Assembly: GCA_051859245.1 (NCBI GenBank)
Contig: JBHYGA010000006.1
Span: 160,001 to 224,000 of the forward strand
DNA: 64,000 nucleotides
Source: Gemmatimonadaceae bacterium
GTDB taxonomy: Bacteria > Gemmatimonadota > Gemmatimonadetes > Gemmatimonadales > Gemmatimonadaceae
Direction of reading: 5' to 3'
The notes beneath the pieces are model-generated. The model was not told the DNA's origin and did not search any database. It was given only the letters and a program-made list of their open reading frames with translations. Of this stretch, positions 49,285 through 58,228 are shown in pieces. The position numbers and the translations under genes were made by a program. Position 1 is the first letter of the stretch. Every line of letters starts with the position of its first letter.

Positions 49285-49821
49285 GTGAGTGAATTTAGTG
49301 AGAGTTATCATCTGCGCAGCAACTCGTCCGACGACGCCGTCGAACTGCTGCGCCGTATCGGGCGAAAAGGATACGTGTTCCCTCCAGCAAACGGCTGGGT
49401 ATCGTTTGTCGCAAACGAATGCGAGCTTGAAGCGGACGTGTCCATCGTGGCAACCGCGAAACGGCCTCTGCTGCACTATATGTTCGCCGAAGACTTTGGC
49501 TGGTTCTACGAGATCTTTGAAGATGCCAGCCGCACGGCGATGTACTCATGTTCATGGCATGAAGGCCTCGACCCGGAAGACGAATACTTCTCCCGCGGAA
49601 AGCTGCTGCAGATTGTTCCTGACGCAGAGTCGCAGCTGCTTGACGCGTTTGAAAGCCATCTTCGCCCCACAAGTCTTGATGACGTTCTGGAGAGCGAGCC
49701 AAGCAAGCTGTTCGCACGGGCAGTCAAATTGGTACACTTCGACTGGTTTGCGTACGAGTATGTGGAGATCACGATGCGTGACGCGCCGGATGAGTATCCT
49801 GACGTGATTGCGGTTCAATAG
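49285..49821 (+). CDS. Cassette-borne acidic hypothetical protein
   Basis: GGAGG RBS then GTG; 178 aa, MSEFSESYHLR. Confidence 0.7.
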   Translation: MSEFSESYHLRSNSSDDAVELLRRIGRKGYVFPPANGWVSFVANECELEADVSIVATAKRPLLHYMFAEDFGWFYEIFEDASRTAMYSCSWHEGLDPEDEYFSRGKLLQIVPDAESQLLDAFESHLRPTSLDDVLESEPSKLFARAVKLVHFDWFAYEYVEITMRDAPDEYPDVIAVQ

Positions 49822-49891
49822 GCAACGGAGCATTCGATCGAAACTCCGTCCTGACATTTTGTATGGCGACGTCGTGGCGCTCGCTCCTGCC

Positions 49892-50014
49892 AGCTAACCT
49901 TGCATTGCTGCAGCCAAACGCTGCGACCATCGGTGTGGCGACCGCGGAGCGTTTCGGTGCGAATGCCCCGTTTGCTTTCGTGTGGGCGTTTGCTGCGGAA
50001 CGCGAGCGTTATGC
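49892..50014 (+). repeat. attC site (123 bp)
   Basis: AGCTAAC-CTTGCATTGCTGCAGCCAAACGC...GCGTTTGCTGCGGAACGC-GAGC-GTTATGC. Confidence 0.88.
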
Positions 50015-50060
50015 GAACCCCGGACGTCGACGCGCGTCACGTGACACTTTACATCTCGAA

Positions 50061-50342
50061 GTGATCAAGTCCTTCGCTGATCCTCAGACCGAAGAGCTGT
50101 TCCGGACCGGGAAAGCGAAGCGGGTCCCCACGGACGTGGCGCGCCGCGCGCTGCGCAAGCTTGAAGCGATACACGTGGCCATCCAGCTAGCCGACCTGCG
50201 CGTGCCGCCCGGCAACCGTCTGCACCCTCGGAACGGAGATCGCGCTGGGCAGCACGCCATCTCGGTCAACGATCAATGGCGCATTTGCTTCCGCTTCGAA
50301 GACGGCGATGCGTTCGACGTCGAGTTCTGCGACTACCACTAG
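50061..50342 (+). CDS. higB: HigB-family (RelE-like) toxin
   Basis: MIKSFAD..TE.LF, RKL, DLRVPPGNRLH, SVNDQWRICFRF, DYH; palindrome GTCACGTGAC upstream at 50036-50045. Confidence 0.92.
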   Translation: MIKSFADPQTEELFRTGKAKRVPTDVARRALRKLEAIHVAIQLADLRVPPGNRLHPRNGDRAGQHAISVNDQWRICFRFEDGDAFDVEFCDYH

Positions 50343-50357
50343 TCCGAGTATCCGCCT

Positions 50358-50672
50358 ATGAGTATGCCCAACACCCGACCGCTTGAGCGGCGCCCGATCC
50401 ATCCTGGTGAGATCCTGCGCGAGGAGTTCCTGCCGGAGTATGGCCTGTCGGTCACGGCGCTGGCCGAGGCGGCGGGCGTCTCACGACAGTCGATCAATGA
50501 ACTGCTGCGGGAGCGGCGCGCCGTCAGCCCGGAGATGGCGCTGCGGCTGGGCAGGTTGTTCGGGATGTCGCCCGAGTTCTGGCTTAATCTTCAGCGAAAC
50601 GTGGATCTGTGGGACGCAGCGAAGGAGTTGAAGCGGGAGATGTCCCACATTCGTCCGCTGCAGGTCGCATAA
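50358..50672 (+). CDS. higA: HigA-family antitoxin (Xre HTH)
   Basis: PIHPGEILREEFL, VSPEMALRLGRLFG.SPEFWLNLQ; TAA stop lies inside the attC core GCATAAC. Confidence 0.93.
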   Translation: MSMPNTRPLERRPIHPGEILREEFLPEYGLSVTALAEAAGVSRQSINELLRERRAVSPEMALRLGRLFGMSPEFWLNLQRNVDLWDAAKELKREMSHIRPLQVA

Positions 50673-50762
50673 CGAGGGTTGGTGCTGATGGCCACGCTGC
50701 GGAAGCGGCGGCTGCGCCGCCGCGTTCTGTTTGAGTATCCGCAGCACGACCAAACGTTAGCT
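50667..50762 (+). repeat. attC site (96 bp)
   Basis: GCATAAC-GAGGGTTGGTGCTG...CAGCACGACC-AAAC-GTTAGCT. Confidence 0.82.
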
Positions 50763-50767
50763 GCCCC

Positions 50768-51664
50768 ATGTTCACTTCAGCGATTCGCGCGATGCAGTTC
50801 GAAGATTGGGTCGAAATTGAAGCCGAGTTCAACAGACTCTCTCTTCACAGCGACGACATCCCGGGTGGGGGGCTTGCGATTGGTGGCGATGAGGCGCTTC
50901 AGCAGTTTCTGGCGCACCTTCGCGGGCTTTCGCCAGGCGCAACATGGCGTGATGTACTGCCAGATCTGCCGGAGCACTGGTATATCGACGATCCCGAATC
51001 ATGGACGTTCCCTTATCATCCGATCGGCCCTTTCGACTATCCGCGGTTGCCTGCGGGTCCAGTCATCATGACTTCATGCGGGGTCGAGCACGATGAATCC
51101 ATTGTGCGCCGAGTAATCGACGACGCGCGCGTTGCTGGCTTCGCCATCTACGGCGCTGGCATCGCCGGCGAGATGAGCGGAGAAACTCGAGAGCGACTCA
51201 TTCGAATCGTGATGGAGCACGGCACCACCGAAGAACCGCTGTCTGCGTTTACCCAGTGGATCGCTGCACGCGACGATCTTCGTTTCGACGGCGTCTCACG
51301 GGGAATAGAGCGGCCGGTGATCTATCAGACCGATGCCGAGTACGCGCCGCTTTCGGAAGCGACGCAGTGGAGACATGTTCGGTTCGACCTGAGTACGAAT
51401 CCGCCAGTGGATTTCACGTGGGAACGGGAATGGCGCATTCGCACAGACGAGCTCATGTTCTCACCTCACAATGTTCGCGTTGTCGTACCTGATCGAACAG
51501 TCCTAGAGTGGCTCCGAGAACGGCACGCGCGAGACCAGGATTACCTTACGCAAGCGTACGGCACGATCATGGGCCAGGAACTCGCTGAAGCATACCGCGA
51601 GGACTTCCCGTGGGAGGTTGTCAACCTTCGTCTTGATCAACTCCTCATCGACGATGCTGGCTGA
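50768..51664 (+). CDS. Cassette-borne hypothetical protein, possibly chimeric; C-terminal part has RPVIY...DFTWEREWR motif
   Basis: ATG 5 nt after the attC core; TGA stop inside degenerate core GGCTGAC. Confidence 0.65.
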   Translation: MFTSAIRAMQFEDWVEIEAEFNRLSLHSDDIPGGGLAIGGDEALQQFLAHLRGLSPGATWRDVLPDLPEHWYIDDPESWTFPYHPIGPFDYPRLPAGPVIMTSCGVEHDESIVRRVIDDARVAGFAIYGAGIAGEMSGETRERLIRIVMEHGTTEEPLSAFTQWIAARDDLRFDGVSRGIERPVIYQTDAEYAPLSEATQWRHVRFDLSTNPPVDFTWEREWRIRTDELMFSPHNVRVVVPDRTVLEWLRERHARDQDYLTQAYGTIMGQELAEAYREDFPWEVVNLRLDQLLIDDAG

Positions 51665-51694
51665 CGATGCTTGCTGCAGACGCTGGTGTTAGGC
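51659..51694 (+). repeat. Degenerate truncated attC remnant
   Basis: GGCTGAC-GATGCTTGCTGCAGAC...GTTAGGC; left arm resembles the other sites, right arm is missing. Confidence 0.5.
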
Positions 51695-51784
51695 AGACCA
51701 CAACCATCGCTTTCAAGTTAGCTCCACATGCACGTGATGGTGAGTCCGTGGCGTACCATGCGCTGACCGAGCACGTCATTGTTC

Positions 51785-53323
51785 CTACGCGGACGTGCTC
51801 GCGAGCGCGTCCGTCAAGGCGTGCTCGAACAGGCGCGCACTCTCGTATCGCTCCGACGGTCGCTTGGCGAGACAGCGTTGGAGCACTGCGTCGAACGCCG
51901 CGGGCAGCTCCGGTCGCACCGCGCGCACTGACGGTGGCGCTTCGCTGAGATGGGCCAGCATCATCTGCAGCGGTGCACGCCCCTCGAACGGTGACCGTCC
52001 GGTGACCAGGAAGTAGCCGAGCGCGCCCAGGCTGTAGATATCGCTCGCTGGTCCCGGCGTTTGGTCCCCCGCGCACTGTTCGGGGGACATATAGGCGGGC
52101 GTGCCGAGTGCAATGCCGGCTTGGGTGATGCCGCCCGTGCCGTCGCCTACGACATCACCGTCCGCATTGTGCGCGGTTACGAGCCCAAAGTCGAGCAGCT
52201 TGGCCACGTCGGGTATGCCGCCTCGCTCGCCGAGCATGACGTTGCCGGGCTTGATGTCGCGGTGCGTGAGGCCTGCGCGGTGTGCTTCGTGCAGTGCGCC
52301 CGCGATCTGCCGAAGCACATGTATTGCTCGCGGTGCGTCCATGGGCCCGTCGCGCGACACGAGCTGCTCGAGCGTTATCCCGGGTAGATACTCCATGACG
52401 TAGTAGAACGTACCGTCATCAGTTATGCCGTAGTCGTAGATCGCAATGGTGTTCGGATGCGTGAGCGTGGCGGTGGTTTGCACTTCGCGCTCGAAGCGGC
52501 GTAGCACGTCAGAATTCCCGGCGTGCTCAGGCCTGATCAGCTTGATGGCACACGGTCGGCGCAGCAGTCGATGCTCGGCGCGGTACACTTCGCCCATTCC
52601 GCCCGAGCCGAGTGGCTCCACCAACACATACTGACCGAGCCGAAGCGCATCGCGCGCCACGGTGGTCGCCGCTTCAATGCGATATGCGCCGAACACCGCG
52701 TACGCGGTGAATCCAAGGAGAAGGCTCCACTGTGCTCCGAAGAACGTGGCAGCAACGGACATGGGAATCGAATACTGACTCAGAATCCAGGCATCAACGA
52801 GTGCGATTTCGCCAAGCATGAATGCAATCATCCACGCGGTGCGCTGCCATCGATTCGGAATCAGCAGACCGTACGCGACGATCATGAGTGACATCCACGC
52901 GGCCTGGCTTAATCCGAGATCCAGCGGCGCCTCGTCGAGGAGCGGGACGATGGAAGGAAAGGCGCCCCCTATGTACAACGCCACCCATGTGCTGAAGCCG
53001 GCAATGAGCACGACTTCCATCCGCCGGAGCCGACGCATGGAACGCGGGCGACCTTTGCGCAGCCACCACGCGACGAAGGCGCAGAGCAGCATCGGCACGC
53101 CGACAATGACTCTGCCTGTTTGCACGGGGGCACGATCGCCGATCGCGCCCAACAACTTCACGCTCAGAAGTACGAAAAACGTCAGCATGGTCGCGACGAT
53201 GACGATCGCGATCACGCGCAGTCGCCCCTGCAGCGTCGCAGCAAGGTCGTCGCTCGCGCCGGAGCCTTCGCCGGACGCGAAGCGAAAACGGGATGGCAAG
53301 GCTTCAGTGGCGTTGCGCGTCAT
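51785..53323 (-). CDS. Membrane-anchored Hanks-type Ser/Thr protein kinase (N-terminal multi-TM)
   Basis: LGSGGMGEVY, AIK, HRDIKPGN, DFG, GTPAYMSPEQ, DIYSLG. Confidence 0.95.
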   Translation of the reverse strand: MTRNATEALPSRFRFASGEGSGASDDLAATLQGRLRVIAIVIVATMLTFFVLLSVKLLGAIGDRAPVQTGRVIVGVPMLLCAFVAWWLRKGRPRSMRRLRRMEVVLIAGFSTWVALYIGGAFPSIVPLLDEAPLDLGLSQAAWMSLMIVAYGLLIPNRWQRTAWMIAFMLGEIALVDAWILSQYSIPMSVAATFFGAQWSLLLGFTAYAVFGAYRIEAATTVARDALRLGQYVLVEPLGSGGMGEVYRAEHRLLRRPCAIKLIRPEHAGNSDVLRRFEREVQTTATLTHPNTIAIYDYGITDDGTFYYVMEYLPGITLEQLVSRDGPMDAPRAIHVLRQIAGALHEAHRAGLTHRDIKPGNVMLGERGGIPDVAKLLDFGLVTAHNADGDVVGDGTGGITQAGIALGTPAYMSPEQCAGDQTPGPASDIYSLGALGYFLVTGRSPFEGRAPLQMMLAHLSEAPPSVRAVRPELPAAFDAVLQRCLAKRPSERYESARLFEHALTDALASTSA

Positions 53324-53517
53324 GACAGCAGAAGATCGTCGGGCGATTTCGTGAGCGCAAACTGCGGAGTCAACGTGTGCCGCGTCGGTGGAGTCACCAT
53401 GGCGCCGCGTCCTGTCATGCGCGATCCGCGACCGTGAAGCGCGAGCACATGCCTGACGTCCGCGCAGGCAGTCGCGATCGCATTGCGCGACCCGCCATTC
53501 TCACCCATGTTAACCTC

Positions 53518-54129
53518 GTGCTTCGTCAGTTTCTTTTGCTGGCCGCGTTGACTGCGGCCCTCCTCCCCTGCGTCCTTGCCGCCCAGTCGCGCGAGAAGAC
53601 GACGGGCTGGGCGATCGCGGCGAGCATTGGTGCGGGTGTGGCGGACGTCCCAACATCGCCAACGCCAGTCTACTTCGACGCTTCACAGGTAACGGCCCGG
53701 CTCGCCGTACAGCGTTCACTCGGCGCGGGTTTTGCCGGCGGCATCTCGCTGTTGGGGACAATCGGCACCACGGGTAGCGATTGCGCACTCGGTCCCTGCG
53801 CACCACAGTTTCGACAGAGCGCGGCGAGCGCCACGATCACCTATATCCACCGCGCCTCGATTGAGCGGTGGATACCGATTGTCTCCTTGGCGGCCGGCTA
53901 CGCGCGCCTGCCGGAGCAATGGGCGGCGGCTCCCGAAACGCGTACGCCAGCGGCTGGCACGTTGCTGCTCAGTGGCGCCCTTGATGTTCCGCTCGTGATA
54001 CGATCACGCTCGGCAGTGTTGGTGGGTTGGGAGAGCAGCGTGCTACCGAACGCGCCAGGCGACCGAATCGCCGTCAACACAATCGTCTTCACGGTGCGTC
54101 ATGCGCTGCGCCCACGCTCGGCGCGATGA
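53518..54129 (+). CDS. Secreted hypothetical protein, outer-membrane beta-barrel-like
   Basis: GTG start, signal peptide ...VLA-AQ, alternating beta-strand pattern. Confidence 0.6.
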   Translation: MLRQFLLLAALTAALLPCVLAAQSREKTTGWAIAASIGAGVADVPTSPTPVYFDASQVTARLAVQRSLGAGFAGGISLLGTIGTTGSDCALGPCAPQFRQSAASATITYIHRASIERWIPIVSLAAGYARLPEQWAAAPETRTPAAGTLLLSGALDVPLVIRSRSAVLVGWESSVLPNAPGDRIAVNTIVFTVRHALRPRSAR

Positions 54130-54131
54130 CG

Positions 54132-54253
54132 ATTGCACGAGCGTTGCTGCAGCCAAAGACGTTTCAGTCCGCTGTGTAACTGTGCGGTGCTTGCGCACCG
54201 CTCCGTTCAGCGCTGATTTATTGGAGCCTTCACCGAAGAACCGAACGTGAGAT
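54132..54253 (+). repeat. Degenerate attC site
   Basis: ACGAGCGTTGCTGCAGCCAAAG...GAGCCT...CCGAACGTGAGA is homologous to 55264-55382, but both cores are mutated. Confidence 0.6.
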
Positions 54254-54272
54254 GTTCAAAGACGGAGTATCG

Positions 54273-54806
54273 ATGCGCACGTTCTGGTATGTGATGACGA
54301 TGACCCTCAGCTGCAGCGCAGCGCTGCTCGCGCAAGCGCCGAGCGAAGATGGCAGGGTTGCACTCGACAGTGTCGTGCTGCAGCGCACCAGATGTTTGGG
54401 CGCCTGCCCAGCCTACAGCATGAGCGTTCGCGGGGATGGATTCGTACGGTTTGTGTCGCACAACCGCGAAGATCGCGGACGGGTGGAATCACACACGCGC
54501 AGTCCCGAGATCATGCGTCGTATCGAGGGTGAGCTCGAACGTGCTCAATTCCAGACGCTGCCGGAGATCACGATGGGGCGCGCGCCGTACTGTCGAATTG
54601 TTGCCACCGATGCACCCACGATTACGGTCAGCGTATTCCGCTCGACGGATGTCCGCTCGCTTAGCTACTATACCGGGTGCATGGGCGAATCAGCGCAAGA
54701 CACGAGTGCGCGATCGATGATTCGCCGCCTGCGCGCGCTTGGAGATAGCATCGACGTCATCGCTGCCGGGGACGGTTGGAGCCTGACTAAGAGGCCCATT
54801 CCGTGA
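54273..54806 (+). CDS. Secreted DUF6438-like protein
   Basis: LQRTRCLGACPAYSMSVRGDG.V.F and TDAPT motifs; signal peptide. Confidence 0.7.
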   Translation: MRTFWYVMTMTLSCSAALLAQAPSEDGRVALDSVVLQRTRCLGACPAYSMSVRGDGFVRFVSHNREDRGRVESHTRSPEIMRRIEGELERAQFQTLPEITMGRAPYCRIVATDAPTITVSVFRSTDVRSLSYYTGCMGESAQDTSARSMIRRLRALGDSIDVIAAGDGWSLTKRPIP

Positions 54807-55246
54807 AGATACTATTTTCGGTGGTGCTGACGAGTGCGCTGCTGTCCGCGTGCTATCTGCAACGGTCGGCACCGGCCGTAAGTTGCTTGCAAGAGCAGCT
54901 GCCAAGTTCGAGGTCTTACGACCCGATCCGCAACGCTCGCCTCATTGTAACCGATCAGAATTTTCGCAGAAACTTGTCGCTGCCGACTGTGGATACATCA
55001 CACGTCCAATTCGAAACAGATCCGCGTGTCTGCGCCAAGATCAGCCGGGCGCTGGGGCGTACCCGTGCAAGTTTCGACAGCGCCAGTGCTACGCAGCCAA
55101 CCTATGTCGATGTCATCGTTGTTCGATTGGGCACCGCCGGCTACTACGTGCAATCGATGTGGCACAGTACGAGCGCCGGAGAATTCCCGTGTCACCAATT
55201 CGTGTTCGATGCCAACATCAAGCGCAAGGAAACGCTCTGTGGCTAG
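54803..55246 (+). CDS. Hypothetical lipoprotein
   Basis: GTGA overlap; lipobox LSAC. Confidence 0.6.
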   Translation: MKILFSVVLTSALLSACYLQRSAPAVSCLQEQLPSSRSYDPIRNARLIVTDQNFRRNLSLPTVDTSHVQFETDPRVCAKISRALGRTRASFDSASATQPTYVDVIVVRLGTAGYYVQSMWHSTSAGEFPCHQFVFDANIKRKETLCG

Positions 55247-55263
55247 TCGCCTTGCACGAAGCG

Positions 55264-55382
55264 AACAAACGAGCGCTGCTGCAGTCAAAAGTAGTGAAGT
55301 GTGCTGTGTGATTGCACACGACTTGGTGGCCCGGTTCACAGCGATATCATAAGAGCCTCTGCTGTAGAGCCGAACGTTAGAC
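55264..55382 (+). repeat. attC site (119 bp, left core imperfect)
   Basis: AACAAAC-GAGCGCTGCTGCAGTCAAAAG...CCTCTGCTGTAGAGC-CGAAC-GTTAGAC. Confidence 0.72.
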
Positions 55383-55403
55383 CCACAATCGACCTTACGC
55401 GCG

Positions 55404-56465
55404 ATGCACAGTCAACGTCGACAGTTGTCTGCCGCTCCTCTCGTTTCGCTGGTGTTTGCGATTGCCTGCAGCGGTCCTGACGCGACTGTGTCGGAGTTCA
55501 CACTCGGGCCAGCGCTGTGCGGCGTAGAGGTTGGATCTGAGCCATCGGTTGCGGTGTTGCCCAAAGGCAGGATTGCGCTGACCGTGCCAGGTGAAAAGAG
55601 AGTGCTGGTCCTCGACAGCCTCTGCAATACCGTGGCCGAGCTGGGCCGCGCCGGTGCTGGCCCGGGCGAGTATCAAGTCGCAGCCCGCGCGTTTGTCGAT
55701 ACTGCAGGTGGTCTCCACGTGCTCGACCCGGTGTTGCAGCGGGTTACCCACTACAACGCAGCGGGCGAGCACCTCGGAGCCACGGCGGTGACCGCCGGTC
55801 ACGATGTGGAATCGCTGATGATGGCCGCCAACGGTTCGGTCTTCTCCATCGCACCGCTCACCGGTGTTGACGACTCTGTTTCGCTCGTTGTTCACCGCGC
55901 CCTCGACGTGTCCGGCGCCATCGAGATTGCTCGCTTGCATCGCCCGGTACCGGTATTGGTTCCGCTCGGAGAGATCGCCATCAACACCCCACCCGAGTAC
56001 GCGCCGTTCGACGCGTGGGGGACGCTACCGAGTGGTGACGCATGGGTTGCCCGAGGTGCGGATAATCGGCTCGAGCTGATTCGAGGCGACAGCGGAGTAT
56101 CCGGACCTCCCGTCGCTTTCGCTCGAATCGAGACGGTCCCCGCTGATCGTGACCGTTGGCGCGGCCTGCCGGCTCCAGCGCGCTTCCGCGTCAGTGCGCG
56201 CCCTCTCTCGCAGATCAAGGCGCCCTTCCAAGGGGTCGTGCGCGCTGACGACGGCGAGTACTGGATGTGGCTGAACCAGCCAGCGGGGCACAGTGCCGAG
56301 CTCTACGCGTGTCGCACGCTTGAGAGTAATGAGTTGTTGAGAGTGATAGTCCCGAACGCGCATAAGGTGCTCGCAGTCGGACCCGATCGCGTGTACATGT
56401 ACGGCGAGGACGCGGAGGGAATTCCGATGCTCTCCGCGCACAGTCGTCCGCGCTGCGCACGGTAG
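55404..56465 (+). CDS. 6-bladed beta-propeller (NHL-like) lipoprotein
   Basis: Lipobox AIAC; LGRAGAGPGEY, LHVLD. Confidence 0.75.
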   Translation: MHSQRRQLSAAPLVSLVFAIACSGPDATVSEFTLGPALCGVEVGSEPSVAVLPKGRIALTVPGEKRVLVLDSLCNTVAELGRAGAGPGEYQVAARAFVDTAGGLHVLDPVLQRVTHYNAAGEHLGATAVTAGHDVESLMMAANGSVFSIAPLTGVDDSVSLVVHRALDVSGAIEIARLHRPVPVLVPLGEIAINTPPEYAPFDAWGTLPSGDAWVARGADNRLELIRGDSGVSGPPVAFARIETVPADRDRWRGLPAPARFRVSARPLSQIKAPFQGVVRADDGEYWMWLNQPAGHSAELYACRTLESNELLRVIVPNAHKVLAVGPDRVYMYGEDAEGIPMLSAHSRPRCAR

Positions 56466-56506
56466 GCATACAAAGTCTGCCTGGCCAAGCGTCTGACTAC
56501 GCTTGC

Positions 56507-56625
56507 TATCAACGAGCGCTGGTGCGGTCGCGGTTCTGGTGCCGCCGATCCACTTTACGAAAGGAATGCAGCCGCCTCACCACCGCATTTTATGGCAGCG
56601 CTCGAAACGGAAGCACACGTTACAC
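56507..56625 (+). repeat. Degenerate attC-like site
   Basis: TATCAAC-GAGCGCTGGTGCGG...CAGCGCTCG...GTTACAC. Confidence 0.45.
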
Positions 56626-56691
56626 ATCGACAAACTTCGTCGCGATTGATTACGTGCGCACGGCTCGGTCATCGAACTCACGAGGGAATCC

Positions 56692-57861
56692 ATGAACCGC
56701 TTTTTGCGTTCGAGCTTCACCCGCGCGCTCATAATGTTCAGTTCTGCGAGCGCCTCCTTGTGCGCAGCAGGAGCGACGGCCGCCGCACAGGCAGCGATCC
56801 CCACCGTCGACGTTCGGGAAGAGATTCGCATCCAATCGAGTGATGCCGTCCCAGACATGCTCCTCACCGCGATCGAGCGTCTGGCGGTGCTTCCGGACGG
56901 CCGAATGGCTACCTCGCACCCGCAGGAAGCCATTGTCCGAGTCTTCGATCCAAGCGGCCGCCTGATCAAAACAGTTGGACGCCGAGGTGATGGACCTGGT
57001 GAGTTCCGCACGATCCGCCAGGTGGGGTACGTCGGCGACAAGCTCTGGGTGGAGGATCTCTGGCGCGGTTTTCTCGTTTTTGACGCGCCCTCTTATGAGC
57101 CCATCGGTCGCGTTGTTCGGCCCCCTACCGCCGGGTTCACGCTCGGTCTCACCTCCGACAGTTCGAGCTTCCACTACACGAGTCGGCAGGATCCCACACG
57201 CGTGAGTTTTTACGACCGGCTCGGCGAGCGTGAGTTGCCAGTTGACATCAGGATGCGAACGGCCGGCCACCGTTTTGAAGTGCCGTGGTCGGAGGTCACG
57301 CCGGGGGGAACGCTTACCGGACGCAGCGTGTCGCGGACGTTGAGTTCACCACTGGGCACCGCAACACAACTCAACCTTGTTCCGGGCGGACGTGAAGTGA
57401 TCGTGCTCGAGGCGTCCGAGCTCTGGAACGGTCCTCCGGGGCAGTTCACGATTCGCCGGATCGACGTCGCCACCCGACGCATCTCGGCACCGGTGACCGT
57501 CGTACTGCCAGCGCGCCGCGTCACACGGACCGAAGCCGACTCGCTGATTCGTCAAGCAACGCCGGTCGTGAGGCAACCTCAGGATGCGAAAGGCGCCGCA
57601 GCGTATCGCGCGAAGGCGCGGGTGCCGGCGGTCTATCCGGCCTTCATGAGCGCCCGTCCCTCGGCTGACGGCGTCCTCTGGCTGACGGAATACGCGCGGC
57701 CAGATACCCGCCTGGTGGTCGACCTTTCGGGGAGAGTATTGATGCGTGTTCGTCTTCCCGCGGACCTCCGCGTACTTGCAGTAAGTCGCACACACGTCTG
57801 GGGGCTCTCCTTGGATGCGGACGATCTGCCGATCATCTCCCGCTATCGGGTGCAGAAGTGA
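56692..57861 (+). CDS. 6-bladed beta-propeller secreted protein
   Basis: Signal peptide; VRVFDPSG..VGRRGDGPGEF, DGVLW, DADDLP. Confidence 0.78.
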   Translation: MNRFLRSSFTRALIMFSSASASLCAAGATAAAQAAIPTVDVREEIRIQSSDAVPDMLLTAIERLAVLPDGRMATSHPQEAIVRVFDPSGRLIKTVGRRGDGPGEFRTIRQVGYVGDKLWVEDLWRGFLVFDAPSYEPIGRVVRPPTAGFTLGLTSDSSSFHYTSRQDPTRVSFYDRLGERELPVDIRMRTAGHRFEVPWSEVTPGGTLTGRSVSRTLSSPLGTATQLNLVPGGREVIVLEASELWNGPPGQFTIRRIDVATRRISAPVTVVLPARRVTRTEADSLIRQATPVVRQPQDAKGAAAYRAKARVPAVYPAFMSARPSADGVLWLTEYARPDTRLVVDLSGRVLMRVRLPADLRVLAVSRTHVWGLSLDADDLPIISRYRVQK

Positions 57862-57927
57862 GTGGCGCCGCTCATTTGGCACGAGTCTCGCTTCGACGCT
57901 GCGTTACAAACGTGCAGCCGACGGCGC

Positions 57928-58169
57928 GAAGCGTTGCTGCTCCCAGCGCTTTGCGGAATGCGCGCTGCGCGCACAATTTCACCGCGTCGGCGTCGCAAGC
58001 GATCCATTCATCCTGCAGTAGCAAACGACAACGCGCGTGAGGCGCGCAAAGCCATCGCCTGGCAAACCTTATGTCGCGGCCGTCAGGGCGAGACGGAAGG
58101 CTCCTTGTTCGCTGTGATCACTGATCGGAATTTGTTGTCAAGCCCGGCTGCGGAACGCGAGCGCTAGGT
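57928..58169 (+). repeat. Fragmented attC remnants
   Basis: GAAGCGTTGCTGC left arm near 57928; 17-bp GCTGCGGAACGCGAGCG at 58147-58163 is identical to the right end of attC 49892-50014 and is followed by mutated core GCTAGGT. Confidence 0.55.
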
Positions 58170-58228
58170 TGCAACTCGCCGCACCTTGGAGGGGAATGGC
58201 CATCACATTTGCAACAAGCCACGGCACC

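Noticed and set aside
49863..50060. N-terminal extension of HigB
   Set aside because: It runs through the attC site; the family start MIKSF is at 50061
57877..57891. sigma54-like TGGCAC-N5-TCGC
   Set aside because: The -12 element is imperfect, it is over 300 bp from the next start, and it lies among attC debris
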